Below are positions 35,027 through 49,539 of a DNA stretch of 64,000 nt, in pieces (positions within the stretch are counted from its first letter, which is position 1; each line of letters starts with the position of its first letter). A program made the translations under genes and the position numbers. Where the stretch lies: NCBI GenBank assembly GCA_964187785.1, contig OZ076409.1:77750001-77814000 (forward strand), read 5' to 3'. Under the pieces are notes generated by a model, which saw nothing but the letters and a program-made list of their open reading frames with translations, was not told the DNA's origin and did not search any database. The DNA is from Amphiscolops sp. MND2022. Its lineage: Eukaryota.

Positions 35027-37210
35027 TGTTTGATATCGAGAAAAAGCAAAATCAGAAAAATATAAAATCAAAAGGTATGCAAAATGTCAAGGTTTGCCAT
35101 CCGCCTCGCAAGGCGGGAACGATCAAATGATGAGCTACGACTTCTAAGGTTCAAGTACCTGCCAGATGACATCGCACACACAACTTTTGATGCCGCACAT
35201 TGATGTACCTGTTTGTGCGATACAACATTCAACTCTTGATACCGCACAATTTTATTTGACTGACAGGTACCTGTCGCGGTGCTATATATACCCGATGCTG
35301 AACCACTTCTACCATCAATTGCAATTGTAAATACATAAACCAAGTCTCATCATAACTAATCAATCTCAATTCGGTTCTTCATTCCTACCCAACCTGTTTT
35401 TAAAGGTTTTGGGCTCAGCAGCTTCCCAGACGACGCCATCTTCTTAGCTGATCACAGCCTTACCAGCGCAGATCACGATGACGGCACCACGACACTATCG
35501 ACAGGAGAAGCAGCTGTTTAGTGGACGAGAGGATGACTTCCCCACTTTTCTTGAGCAGTTCGAAGCAAGAGTCGATGGGACTTTCTGACTGCCTTCTGGA
35601 CAGAATCAAACCAACACCTCAAAAAGATGTGGAGACGAATGACGAACGTGTCAAGCAAGAGGGGGAAGAAGCAGATCGAGCCAAACTACAGTACATGGTG
35701 TGGTGCGAGCTGGTTCAGTGTCTTGACAAGGCAAGCATCAATCTCATCAGAGGGCACAAGCCGAATGGGACTGCAGCCTGGACAGCTTTGACGAAGCTCC
35801 ACAAATCAACTGAACGGCCTCGTGTTCAATCACTGATGACACAGCTCACTGGTCTCAAGATGACATCAGGGGAGGAGGTGACTGACTACCTCACCAAAGC
35901 AGAAGGGCTCAAAATGGATCTGGCTGAAGCGGGGGACGTGGTCTCAGATGCTCTCTTCACAGCGATGATTCTGAAGGGTCTTCCAAGTGACTTCGACAGT
36001 GTGGTGGCTGTCCTCAACTTCGGCACAGCAAAGGGATACTACGAGATGAAGCAGGACTTGGTCAACTTCGCAGCAACCAGGGGCTCTGTTTTTCCAGCGA
36101 GACATCGATGACAGCTTTTCACTCAGCCGGGGGACGAGGGTTTTCTGGCAGACGTATGCAATGCTAACAACAGTCGTTCAGAGATCAGAGGACGTGGGAC
36201 AGTGCGATGCTTTGTGAAGGACAATACGGGCCGTTCTTGTCTACTGGAACTGAAGGATGCCTTCTGGGTGACATCCTACGCGAAGAATCTGGTGTCGGTC
36301 AAGCGATTGACGGACAAGGAGGCAATGATCCAGTTCAATGACGACCCAACCATCAAGATGCCCAATGGAACTGTTGTGCCAATGATGACAAACGACGAAC
36401 TTTTCAGTGTGATGGCTCAACCTGTGGAGACGGGGTCACTGGCAATGATGTTTCATTCTATCAAGCACTGGCATCGAGTGTTGGGGCACAACAACTGGCA
36501 CGATGTTGCAGCAAGAGGTCGTTGGCATGAACATCTTTGTATCCGAAAAGTAGACGAACTGCAACATCGAGCTGCTCCGAGAAGGCGAAGCGGGCATCCA
36601 TTCCGAAAACGTGGGGCACTCGAGCGAGAACGAAACTGGCTATCGTTCACACAGACGTGCTCGGACCCATTCAGCAGGAGTCCCACGAGGGTTTTTGCTA
36701 TGCAGTGGGCTTCTTCGACAGTTACAGCCCTTTCGGGGCAGTATACCCAATGAAGTCAAAGGATGAGGTCACCACGAAGTTACAACGATTCATCATCGAT
36801 GTTGGCCGGCCTGGCACCTTGGTCTCAGACGGGGCTCTCGAGTTCAAGTCAAAGCAGTTCAGTGACTTGTGCACATCCAATGGCATCAAACAGGAGTTCT
36901 CTGCTCCCTACACACCCGAAGAAAACGGCAAAATTGAGCGAGAATGGGGCACTGTGACTGGCATGACGCGATCCCTGATGGCAACTGCAGGGGTCTCGAA
37001 GCAATTTTGGCCTTTTGCTCTTTCAACTGCCATCTAATTGAGGAATCGATCATTCCACTCAGCGCATGGCAAGACCCCATTTGAGATGTTTCACGGAAGG
37101 AAGCCTGACCTTTCACATCTTCACGTGTTTGGGTGCCAGTCGTTTGTGCTCAACGAAGTCAGGAAGAAGCTGGACAGCAAGGCACGGGAAGCTATTCTAC
37201 TGGGATAATA
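35027..37210 (+). mobile_element. Internally deleted, 3'-truncated Ty1/Copia retrotransposon (gag, partial protease, GAG-pre-integrase, integrase)
   Basis: Copia-type PBS GGTTTTGGGCTCAG at 35405; gag VTDYLTKAE..ILKGLPSDFD; NLVSVKRL; WHRVLGH; integrase VHTDVLGP..SDGALEF..PYTPEENGKIER; no RT. The left (LTR) boundary is uncertain. Confidence 0.92.
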
Positions 37211-37640
37211 GGTGATCAAATCCTTAGGTGATATTTGTTACTGAAGATCTTCCGAGGAACCTTGATTGATGTTTAACCATGAAGATCTTCCGAAGATCCT
37301 TGAAAGATATTTGATCTCGAAGATCCTTGAATGATTTTCGATCTTGAAGATCCTCGGAACGATTGATGATCTCAAAAATTTTTTGAAGATCCTTGAAAGG
37401 TCTTCGATATCAAAGATGTCCCGAAGATTCTTAGTGATATTTTTTATTCTTTGAAATTTTCAGAAGATTTTTGAATGACCTTTGATCTCAGAGATCTTCC
37501 GAAGATCCCTGATTAATCTGTGATAGGCAAAAACTCCCGAGGTTCCTCGAAGGATTTTTATTATTGAAAAACTTCTGAAGATCCAAAGATGGTTGAAAGA
37601 TCGTTGATCTCGAAGATCTTCCGAAGATTCTTGAATGATA
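37210..37640. repeat. GAAGATC-rich degenerate satellite; copy 43675-44105
   Basis: Repeated GAAGATCTTCCGAAGATCCTTGAA words. Confidence 0.8.
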
Positions 37641-37903
37641 AATTAGGCAGGTGTCTTGAGGTGTGACATTAGCAGCCATGTCAGTTGAAAAGTGTTGAAT
37701 GTCATTCGTTTGGCAGTTGATCATTTTCTTTCTGAAGGTCACTTTTCAAAGAAATCTTTTGATTGACCTACCACATTGCCCGAAAGATTTTCTGTTGACT
37801 TTCAGTTAACATACTAATTGATACGTAATTTATTTTCATAATGTTCGGGTCTCAGCTATTATGTAACAAAGCTGCCGAGACAAAGAAAAAGTATCTCCTT
37901 CAT

Positions 37904-39416
37904 TGTGGTAATCTCGCAACGGAAACGTAAAATGAAACTTTATTTCCACGTATTAATTATTACCAGTTCAATCTGAGAAGACACAATTTACAACCATCAG
38001 TTTCAATGTTAGTTGAATCACTTATTCATACACGGAGTCACCACACTCTCCCTGCCTTTGTTTTCTGATTCGACCACTTCTTCGTAGCGGCGGAGATGAC
38101 GTTTCTTCGATAGACTGTTTGGCTAAGGATACGTTCAAACCAACATCCGAAGGACTTTCCACTGTCTTGACTGGGCTCTGCGCTCTTCTAGATGGAGCAT
38201 TTGCTTGCTCTGGCCGAAGTTCCTTCGACGAATCGGGTGCGACTGTGTTAGGTTTTGTCGGTATTTCCGTCGGATTCTGCTCCGAAGTATAGGGAGGGTC
38301 AGGTTCTGGTCCTTTCGATATGAATTTTGTGGCGAACGTGTTGATTCGGTTTTTCTCTGGGTACGAAACCACTGCGGGTTGTGACGATAATAGGCGCAAG
38401 GTTCGTGCAGGCTGTACTAATGAATCGTCTTTTAACTTCTCTGTAAAACTCTTTATGAATACTGCTGAACCCTGACACATCCATTCAGGTGTAGAAATGG
38501 TATAGGATGGCGTTACATCAATTTTGGCGAATTCTATATAGTTCTAGTCCAGCGATGGGGTCTTGTGAATCCGAACAGACGGTTGTTAGGACTTTCGAAA
38601 GCAATTGCTCTTGACGAAAATCATATAGTATTGCACAAAGCTTGCGGAATCTCCTCGTCCCAGAGCTCATCTTATTTGTGAAATGGCTTCAGTCGACGTT
38701 TCACTGTCTTCCAGATTATTCCGTTCAGCCTCTCGCATTGGCAGTTACCAGCTAGATTGTACAGATTGGTTCGCGTTTTGCATACGTTCCAACAATCCAG
38801 TGAGGATCTGGACTTCGAATTTTCAACACACTTCCTCGATTGCTAAGAATTGCAAATGGAGGACCGAAGATCGAGAATAGTTGCGATAAAGCAGAACAGC
38901 CACTACTTTCAGTTTACCTTCGAGGTACTGTACGTCGAATTCGTAATCTGATGATACTAATCTCCACCGACATACCTTGTTGTTTCAAAAATAGGACTGT
39001 CCCTTTGAGTCAAACAAGTACGAAACTCCTTTTTGATCAGTCAGCATGGTGAAATGAGTTCCTAGTAAGTACCGCCAACGTTCCTGTACAAACCGCACAA
39101 TAGCAAATGCTTCTTTTTCAATCTTTGACCAATTCAACTCTTGATCCGAAAATTTATGAGATACCAAGGCTGTTGGCTGACCGTTTTGTATTAGGACCGC
39201 GCCAATTGCGTTGCCTGCGGCATCTGTTTTGAGCACAAAAGGCTTCGTCCTGTCTTGGATCCACAATGCCGCTTTCGAAACGGCCCGTTTAATAGTTCCT
39301 ATTGCTGTTTATGGCCTCAGTGTCCAGCGGAAGCTTTTTGTATTGTTTTGCCTTCAGCAGCGGAGCTGCTATGTTCGGGAAATCACCTACCCACTTGGAG
39401 TAGTAGACGCTCAACC
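37904..39416 (-). mobile_element. Truncated duplicate of the 3' part (RNaseH-integrase-3' LTR) of the Gypsy at 44369-48504
   Basis: Created by the 6,465-bp duplication; FVLKTDAAGNAIGAVL..EKEAFAIV. Confidence 0.9.
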
Positions 39417-41491
39417 AACTTTTGAGGTCTTGAAAAACATGAATTTGTCAACTTTCTTGAGAGTTCTCCGAAAGTTTACCGAATTCAAATCAGAAATTCA
39501 CGCGTTGCATTATCAAATGAACAAGACGTGCAAAGTTTTTTGTCTCTGTGGGGGAAACGTTCGGAGGAATCGAAAGAAAAAGTTGGTAGCTTCGCCTTTT
39601 TGGCAACATCTAAACAAACGCAATTTACTTCTGCAATTTACAATAGAGTTATTATGCAAGTTGTCTCAATAAAAAGTTATATAATATATATAATATCGTG
39701 AATTTATCTTTAGGTGGGACCAATGAAACGGTGCTGCAATTCGTTCGAACTGCACTACTATGGGCATTATTTGAATGCGACCATGGGACTACAGCTTGAT
39801 CAATACTCCGTCACTGCAACAGAGAACTGAGCCGCCATTAACATTTGAAGACGAAGAATAACCTGGTAAATTGCGGTTATGATTTATCACTGATTCGAAC
39901 AGAAACAAGAAAAGACTCGCATACTTTTGTCGTTTTTGGCGCGTCATTCGAGCATAGGTGCTTCCGAAAGTTCAACTACCTGTTATGTGAAAACCTAACG
40001 GATTTATTTCTTTTTTGTAAGCAATCAATTTCTTCATTATCTCAATGTACAATCTAAAAAAATTATGAAAATTATTTTTTTTATTTCATGAAACAAATGA
40101 GCATGCAAAAGAAGCTATTTGATTCTCAGATATTGAGAAGTGAAGATTTGCTTTGTGTTTTTTTCGTCTTTTCAGTGAATCCTATGTATTTGTGTCGTGT
40201 ATTCCTGATTTTTTGCACAAAAAGAATATTTCTGTTTCGTTTTTTGTGCGATATCACAAATCCTTATACACATCACAAAATTCACTGAAAAGACAAAAAA
40301 ACAGACAAAAGAAAATTTACCTCTCAATATCTGACAATCAAATGACTCTCTGAAAATAATTTTGATGTCAATATTTTTCCTTCGCTTCGGTAGAATGTAT
40401 ATTTTCCAACTGTACCTTGATACCACAAACTTAAAGACACCTAACATCAGAGGCGAAAACCTTAATAGAGCATTTTATTCTTTCAAGACATGCATTTGAC
40501 GAAAAAGACCCAGGATCAAAATTTTCTCAGATTTTTTCCAGAATTACATCGACATTTTTTGGAACGAAAATTTAAAAACCGCAAGGCGGGTCAACCCTTC
40601 ATGGATATCTTAGGAAGATCTTGGCAAGATCTTGCCAAGATCTCGGAAAAATCTAGCTAAAATCTTGCCAAGATATTGCCAAGAATTGCAGGATATCATG
40701 GTAAGATCTTATCAAGACAATCATGTTCAGAAGAAAAAGGTGAGGCAACGATTGAGTCCCAAAACAAATTGAGTCCCAATACAAATTGAGTCCCAATACA
40801 AATTGAGTCCCGATACAAATTGTGTCCAAATGCAAAAAGCGTCAATTGAGTCCCGCGACAATTGAGTCCCAAATAAAGTACTTTGATGAACTTACCAAAT
40901 GCTGACAATTGAGTCCCAATGTAAAAACCGACAATTGATACGGTTGCATATTTGTTGTATGGCTCGGTCGCTTCGCTCCCTTCGCCAAGTATCAACATTG
41001 AGGCATGGCCATATGGTCCGTCGCTCCGTTTCGCTTCGCTCCTGCATTTAGGGCACTAGGGTATGTGAACATATCTGACTACGTTATAATATTATTTTAT
41101 TTTTTATTCTAAAGGATTTGAATTATTTCATTACAGTGCATAGGCAAGCTATTTTGTTACTTGTCGTGGAATCCGGAACACGAAAATTCTCGTGCTTGTC
41201 CGTGGAATGCTTGCCCATGGAATCCGGGACTTATGACGTAATTTGCCAATTTTGCACAGTTAAAGGTATGGTCGTGGAATCCGAGGTATTGAAAGCACAA
41301 AATTGTGCTTTGAGCAAAATTGGCTTGCCTATGCACTTTTATGTTGGGACTCTATTGTCGCGGGCTCAAACGTCGTTTTTTGCATTTGGGACTCAATCGT
41401 CCATTTCTGGAAAAAAGATTACAAAGAAGCCCAATATGGCAAAAAAATCTCAATGAAAAGCCCAATATTGCAAGAATACTTTATTACGAAA

Positions 41492-43675
41492 TGTTTGATA
41501 TCGAGAAAAAGCAAAATCAGAAAAATATAAAATCAAAAGGTATGCAAAATGTCAAGGTTTGCCATCCGCCTCGCAAGGCGGGAACGATCAAATGATGAGC
41601 TACGACTTCTAAGGTTCAAGTACCTGCCAGATGACATCGCACACACAACTTTTGATGCCGCACATTGATGTACCTGTTTGTGCGATACAACATTCAACTC
41701 TTGATACCGCACAATTTTATTTGACTGACAGGTACCTGTCGCGGTGCTATATATACCCGATGCTGAACCACTTCTACCATCAATTGCAATTGTAAATACA
41801 TAAACCAAGTCTCATCATAACTAATCAATCTCAATTCGGTTCTTCATTCCTACCCAACCTGTTTTTAAAGGTTTTGGGCTCAGCAGCTTCCCAGACGACG
41901 CCATCTTCTTAGCTGATCACAGCCTTACCAGCGCAGATCACGATGACGGCACCACGACACTATCGACAGGAGAAGCAGCTGTTTAGTGGACGAGAGGATG
42001 ACTTCCCCACTTTTCTTGAGCAGTTCGAAGCAAGAGTCGATGGGACTTTCTGACTGCCTTCTGGACAGAATCAAACCAACACCTCAAAAAGATGTGGAGA
42101 CGAATGACGAACGTGTCAAGCAAGAGGGGGAAGAAGCAGATCGAGCCAAACTACAGTACATGGTGTGGTGCGAGCTGGTTCAGTGTCTTGACAAGGCAAG
42201 CATCAATCTCATCAGAGGGCACAAGCCGAATGGGACTGCAGCCTGGACAGCTTTGACGAAGCTCCACAAATCAACTGAACGGCCTCGTGTTCAATCACTG
42301 ATGACACAGCTCACTGGTCTCAAGATGACATCAGGGGAGGAGGTGACTGACTACCTCACCAAAGCAGAAGGGCTCAAAATGGATCTGGCTGAAGCGGGGG
42401 ACGTGGTCTCAGATGCTCTCTTCACAGCGATGATTCTGAAGGGTCTTCCAAGTGACTTCGACAGTGTGGTGGCTGTCCTCAACTTCGGCACAGCAAAGGG
42501 ATACTACGAGATGAAGCAGGACTTGGTCAACTTCGCAGCAACCAGGGGCTCTGTTTTTCCAGCGAGACATCGATGACAGCTTTTCACTCAGCCGGGGGAC
42601 GAGGGTTTTCTGGCAGACGTATGCAATGCTAACAACAGTCGTTCAGAGATCAGAGGACGTGGGACAGTGCGATGCTTTGTGAAGGACAATACGGGCCGTT
42701 CTTGTCTACTGGAACTGAAGGATGCCTTCTGGGTGACATCCTACGCGAAGAATCTGGTGTCGGTCAAGCGATTGACGGACAAGGAGGCAATGATCCAGTT
42801 CAATGACGACCCAACCATCAAGATGCCCAATGGAACTGTTGTGCCAATGATGACAAACGACGAACTTTTCAGTGTGATGGCTCAACCTGTGGAGACGGGG
42901 TCACTGGCAATGATGTTTCATTCTATCAAGCACTGGCATCGAGTGTTGGGGCACAACAACTGGCACGATGTTGCAGCAAGAGGTCGTTGGCATGAACATC
43001 TTTGTATCCGAAAAGTAGACGAACTGCAACATCGAGCTGCTCCGAGAAGGCGAAGCGGGCATCCATTCCGAAAACGTGGGGCACTCGAGCGAGAACGAAA
43101 CTGGCTATCGTTCACACAGACGTGCTCGGACCCATTCAGCAGGAGTCCCACGAGGGTTTTTGCTATGCAGTGGGCTTCTTCGACAGTTACAGCCCTTTCG
43201 GGGCAGTATACCCAATGAAGTCAAAGGATGAGGTCACCACGAAGTTACAACGATTCATCATCGATGTTGGCCGGCCTGGCACCTTGGTCTCAGACGGGGC
43301 TCTCGAGTTCAAGTCAAAGCAGTTCAGTGACTTGTGCACATCCAATGGCATCAAACAGGAGTTCTCTGCTCCCTACACACCCGAAGAAAACGGCAAAATT
43401 GAGCGAGAATGGGGCACTGTGACTGGCATGACGCGATCCCTGATGGCAACTGCAGGGGTCTCGAAGCAATTTTGGCCTTTTGCTCTTTCAACTGCCATCT
43501 AATTGAGGAATCGATCATTCCACTCAGCGCATGGCAAGACCCCATTTGAGATGTTTCACGGAAGGAAGCCTGACCTTTCACATCTTCACGTGTTTGGGTG
43601 CCAGTCGTTTGTGCTCAACGAAGTCAGGAAGAAGCTGGACAGCAAGGCACGGGAAGCTATTCTACTGGGATAATA
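41492..43675 (+). mobile_element. Second copy of the truncated Copia element
   Basis: Identical ORFs at offset +6465. Confidence 0.92.
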
Positions 43676-44368
43676 GGTGATCAAATCCTTAGGTGATATT
43701 TGTTACTGAAGATCTTCCGAGGAACCTTGATTGATGTTTAACCATGAAGATCTTCCGAAGATCCTTGAAAGATATTTGATCTCGAAGATCCTTGAATGAT
43801 TTTCGATCTTGAAGATCCTCGGAACGATTGATGATCTCAAAAATTTTTTGAAGATCCTTGAAAGGTCTTCGATATCAAAGATGTCCCGAAGATTCTTAGT
43901 GATATTTTTTATTCTTTGAAATTTTCAGAAGATTTTTGAATGACCTTTGATCTCAGAGATCTTCCGAAGATCCCTGATTAATCTGTGATAGGCAAAAACT
44001 CCCGAGGTTCCTCGAAGGATTTTTATTATTGAAAAACTTCTGAAGATCCAAAGATGGTTGAAAGATCGTTGATCTCGAAGATCTTCCGAAGATTCTTGAA
44101 TGATAAATTAGGCAGGTGTCTTGAGGTGTGACATTAGCAGCCATGTCAGTTGAAAAGTGTTGAATGTCATTCGTTTGGCAGTTGATCATTTTCTTTCTGA
44201 AGGTCACTTTTCAAAGAAATCTTTTGATTGACCTACCACATTGCCCGAAAGATTTTCTGTTGACTTTCAGTTAACATACTAATTGATACGTAATTTATTT
44301 TCATAATGTTCGGGTCTCAGCTATTATGTAACAAAGCTGCCGAGACAAAGAAAAAGTATCTCCTTCAT

Positions 44369-47300
44369 TGTGGTAATCTCGCAACGGAAACGTAAAATGA
44401 AACTTTATTTCCACGTATTAATTATTACCAGTTCAATCTGAGAAGACACAATTTACAACCATCAGTTTCAATGTTAGTTGAATCACTTATTCATACACGG
44501 AGTCACCACACTCTCCCTGCCTTTGTTTTCTGATTCGACCACTTCTTCGTAGCGGCGGAGATGACGTTTCTTCGATAGACTGTTTGGCTAAGGATACGTT
44601 CAAACCAACATCCGAAGGACTTTCCACTGTCTTGACTGGGCTCTGCGCTCTTCTAGATGGAGCATTTGCTTGCTCTGGCCGAAGTTCCTTCGACGAATCG
44701 GGTGCGACTGTGTTAGGTTTTGTCGGTATTTCCGTCGGATTCTGCTCCGAAGTATAGGGAGGGTCAGGTTCTGGTCCTTTCGATATGAATTTTGTGGCGA
44801 ACGTGTTGATTCGGTTTTTCTCTGGGTACGAAACCACTGCGGGTTGTGACGATAATAGGCGCAAGGTTCGTGCAGGCTGTACTAATGAATCGTCTTTTAA
44901 CTTCTCTGTAAAACTCTTTATGAATACTGCTGAACCCTGACACATCCATTCAGGTGTAGAAATGGTATAGGATGGCGTTACATCAATTTTGGCGAATTCT
45001 ATATAGTTCTAGTCCAGCGATGGGGTCTTGTGAATCCGAACAGACGGTTGTTAGGACTTTCGAAAGCAATTGCTCTTGACGAAAATCATATAGTATTGCA
45101 CAAAGCTTGCGGAATCTCCTCGTCCCAGAGCTCATCTTATTTGTGAAATGGCTTCAGTCGACGTTTCACTGTCTTCCAGATTATTCCGTTCAGCCTCTCG
45201 CATTGGCAGTTACCAGCTAGATTGTACAGATTGGTTCGCGTTTTGCATACGTTCCAACAATCCAGTGAGGATCTGGACTTCGAATTTTCAACACACTTCC
45301 TCGATTGCTAAGAATTGCAAATGGAGGACCGAAGATCGAGAATAGTTGCGATAAAGCAGAACAGCCACTACTTTCAGTTTACCTTCGAGGTACTGTACGT
45401 CGAATTCGTAATCTGATGATACTAATCTCCACCGACATACCTTGTTGTTTCAAAAATAGGACTGTCCCTTTGAGTCAAACAAGTACGAAACTCCTTTTTG
45501 ATCAGTCAGCATGGTGAAATGAGTTCCTAGTAAGTACCGCCAACGTTCCTGTACAAACCGCACAATAGCAAATGCTTCTTTTTCAATCTTTGACCAATTC
45601 AACTCTTGATCCGAAAATTTATGAGATACCAAGGCTGTTGGCTGACCGTTTTGTATTAGGACCGCGCCAATTGCGTTGCCTGCGGCATCTGTTTTGAGCA
45701 CAAAAGGCTTCGTCCTGTCTTGGATCCACAATGCCGCTTTCGAAACGGCCCGTTTAATAGTTCCTATTGCTGTTTATGGCCTCAGTGTCCAGCGGAAGCT
45801 TTTTGTATTGTTTTGCCTTCAGCAGCGGAGCTGCTATGTTCGGGAAATCACCTACCCACTTGGAGTAGTAGACGCTCAACCTACGAATCAGTGGAGTTCA
45901 TTCAGTGTTGTAGGAACAAAGAATTCTAGTAAGGGTTTCATCCGCGATTCGTCTGGATGATTTTTTCCATCTGAAAACCGATGGCCGAAGAATTTTAACT
46001 CGCGAACTTTGAATTTTGATTTTTCCTCATTGATCGTTAATTATACTTTTTGGAGCGCAATCGGAATTCTGCTAAACCTTTGTCGTGTTCCGCCTTGGTT
46101 GAACCACCAATTACTACGTCGTTGATATCCACGGCAATACCTTCCAGTCCATCAACAAAAGTGTTTATTGCTTTCTGAAACGCTGGAACGCCGTTCGTTA
46201 CCTCGAGCGGTAGCCGGGTAAAGTGCCACAAAGTTCTTTTCACTTCAAACGGGGTTAGGTGTTTCTCTTCATCGAATAAGAGAGCTGGTGGTAGGTTGAC
46301 TTCTGGTCTATATAGGAGAATCACTTGCAGGAGATCACTTTCAACAACAATTGTTCAATGACCGGCATAGGGTAAGCGTCTCCAACAGTGTACCAATTCA
46401 TTGTTGTGGAATAATCCATGCACATTGGTTTTTTGTGGTTAGCGGTTCTTGACATTCCAGCCTGAGCCCGCCAAAGGGATTACGACTTCTCTATGACACC
46501 AGCTTCAGGTAGTTTTTTGATCTTCTGTCGAATAAATTCCTGATGTTTCTCACTTCGGAATTAAGAAGGGCAACGAATCGGTCTGGCGTTCTCCTGCAAT
46601 TTTACGACAGGGAAAGGCTCCAGATTTATGTCATTCTGTCCTCCGGACTCCTCTACTTGTAAATTGGCATTGCTAGCAAAAACTAATAAAAACCAAAGAA
46701 AGTGCTAAGCCTTGGTACTTGATAGTTATCGATTCAATTTGTGAAAAGGGCGGATGAACCCAGGATTGACGGATTGCAAAGCTTCGTTGCTACGAAAATA
46801 GTTTTCTTCCATTCGTGTCCATCAATTGAGAAATGTGCTGCCGCAGAGCCAATGATGTTGACCGGTTTGTCTCCGATCGAGCGATTGTTATGGGTTTTGA
46901 TGTTGATGCGCAATTGCAGTTGTTTGGGAACAGATTGTTCTGCTACCGTGATGTCACTTCTTGAGTCAACTGGGAAATGTCGTGACACGCCATTGATTTT
47001 GGCAAGAATGAAGCGTCGTGGGCGTCGTTTTAATGATGAACTTGCAACGACGTCGGAATCGTCAGATTCGCTACTTCCTTCCATCGTTTCTCCTGGGTGG
47101 GTGGGACCCGAACCAGTGGCATCGACGAGAAAATCTTGAACTCTGGACATTTTACGGTTCGGTCGGAACCTTTGTAAGTTTTATATTCGTAGCAGCAACC
47201 ACTGCAACTTCGTGAGTTGACAAACTTGTTTGTTGGGCGGCTTCTTCTCTTTCCGCTGCTGTTACCGCATTGTTTGAGGAAAATTGCTTCGATTTCTGTG

Positions 47301-48504
47301 TTGCCGAACGCCCGGCAAACAGCTTGTTTAGTCGTATCTTAGGGAAGTACTTGGCAAAATGCGTCCCTGAGGGCAGCGTCAGCGAATGTAGCCAGGAAAT
47401 TGCAAAACTTAGAAACCTGACGTAACTCGCAAAGAAAGTCGCTCAGCTATTGATTAGGTTTCTGCTGGATAAAATACAATGGTATTCTCTCCGACGAAAA
47501 ATTTTTACCCGCAGCAAATTTTCTTGTTACGGAATTGACGGCTCTTTTGTATTCTCCTCTTGCGTCAAAGGTGGCCAAGTAACTTCGTTGTAAAAGTTCG
47601 CAGCTTTAGACCCAGTGCAGAGGAGGAACAGATCCAAATGGTCGGCAGCGTTAGGCTTGGTCACTCGAGAGTATCGTTCGAATTGGCTTAGCCAGCTTTT
47701 GTAGGTGTCGTTATCTTCTCCAATAAAGAACGAACAAAGCAACGAAAAATTGGTAGACATTGCAATAGACTAGCACACTACCCTGTTTACCTAAGCAACT
47801 CTGGGGAATTTAATCCCTCTAGAGTCACTAGATAAATCTAGCAGTGAGGTGCTAAACCAGATCGTTTGGTTTTTCTGCGATCTTTCTTCGACTCGGATCG
47901 GCATCGTTTGCTACAAAAAATAGTTGAGTTGGCTCTTATGGTTAGAAAAAGCGCCCACTCCAACGCTACGGAAGGGTGTAGCTGTCGTATTTTTCCGAGA
48001 AAGCCACCCGGCGTCTATTGTAAAGCAAGTGTCTTTTGACGCTGATTACTAAATTGCTTGTTTGGTGAAGCTCAAACCCAATTCTCTGGCAATAGATCAG
48101 TGCAGCAATACGTTCTCGGTGTTGTCTCAAAAATTCGATCAATTGAAAAGTGCTCATTGGGCTGTTCCCGATGGAGGGATGCGGAGTCGCGCTGTTATTG
48201 AGGATGTTGTGCCTAATTACAATGTTTGACAGCTGCTTGAGTTTTCCTGAATTCAGGAGAAAGTTGAACTTTTTCAATTTTGTTCGCGATTTCGTGTTGA
48301 ACGATAATCCTCTGATAGTTGTGACGTAAGATGCAATTTGCCGTTGGTAGCAAGGTTGACGCTTCTATGCTTTTACCAGATTGTGGAGTGACGAAGCTTT
48401 AATTCCACGTATAAGTCATTATCGGCTCAATCTGAAAAAACACAATTTAGAAGCATCAGTTTTAATGTTAGCTGAATCGGTTGATAATACAAGTAGTCAC
48501 CACA
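44369..48504 (-). mobile_element. Decayed Ty3/Gypsy retrotransposon with short diverged LTRs (~48382-48504 and ~44369-44510)
   Basis: gag YKSWLSQFERY (47527-47760); protease FPVDSRSDITV; RT DAYPMP, RLPLEVTNGVPAFQ..VDINDVVI; RNaseH (45450-45731); integrase NPAGNCQCERLNGIIWKTV; PPT GGCAGGGAGAG before TGTGGTGAC; both LTRs begin TGTGGTGACT (minus strand). Confidence 0.92.
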
Positions 48505-48780
48505 ATATTATATAGAATTTGGAAACATGATTATCCAGCATCCCTTTAGCATCGAAACAAGTGGCAGAAATTAGCAGCTCTTCTCTAGCCGAACGAGATG
48601 GTTTTTGCAGCTGATGAAAACACAGTTCTTCTATAATGGCCTAAGGTCATGTAACAAGAGTCGTTTCTGGAAACGACAACGTGGCTCGTGTTGCTGACGT
48701 TAAAACGCAAACATGGGTTGGAAACAAACTGAATATCAAAAAACAAAAATTAATCGCCCAGTTACCAGTTGATTCCTTTT

Positions 48781-49539
48781 TCATCGAAGCTTGCCTTCAA
48801 TTCTGATTTCTCGAATTTTCATCAGCTTTTTCAGTTTACAGTCGGATTTATTGCACTCGACCACTCGTCCATTATTATGACTGAGTCTCACATATTTCAG
48901 CTTGAAATTCCGTTGTGTATTTGGGTGTATTTCTTCTTGTTTTTGTAAAGGATCAAATTGCAGCAAAGCTGAGTGAAGAAACAAATTACACACTCTTATA
49001 TCATCAACTACATCATATGCGAAACTAGATTCGCCCATCTTAGGTGTTCCACCTTCTGTATTAGTGGATCGAGATCTAATAGAGATTAGTTCCCGCTTTC
49101 GATTTATCAATTCTCACGGTTGTTGAGAGTAGTCTGACAGAGCTTTTTGGTATTTCCACTTTATTAACCACCTGTCTTTTTCCTAATAATTCATCATGAT
49201 GTCTTAGTGATTTTTCACTGAGCGGTTGACCACACCCATTTAAAAACTAATAGTCTTTCTTTCGGTCACGTCAACTTTGAAAATCTTTTTCCATCAAGTC
49301 TTGAACTTCAAAGTCGTTTTACCATCTTCAGGAACCTTCAGTTTAAATTGTGTCAGCGACATACCATTAATATTACTACTATAAGTCTGAGACCACCTTT
49401 GGCTAAGGAAAAGGCCTATCCAAGAATCCATACAGAGTCTGAGGTCTTCATAATGCTTGGCCATAGAAAGTTCTTCAAACTTTGATTGATGAAAATGCGC
49501 CACCGGAACAGCAATCATTCCAATCGCATTCTCGTCCAA
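48781..49539 (-). pseudogene. Possible decayed coding sequence of unknown family
   Basis: Two same-strand ORFs (109 and 81 aa) with protein-like composition; no motif recognised. Confidence 0.25.

Larger units (their letters stand above)
32953..45881 (+). repeat. Tandem duplication of a 6,465-bp unit (32953-39416; 39418-45881)
   Basis: All paired ORFs are identical with a constant offset of 6465; junction CTCAACC-A-ACTTTTGAGG. Confidence 0.97.

Noticed and set aside
39211..39672. 153-aa ORF as a novel gene
   Set aside because: Chimera of antisense Gypsy RNaseH and flank DNA created by the duplication junction.
44327..48510. Target-site duplication for the second Gypsy
   Set aside because: Flanks (TCAT vs ATAT, or CTATTA vs ATATTA) do not match cleanly and the LTR ends are uncertain.
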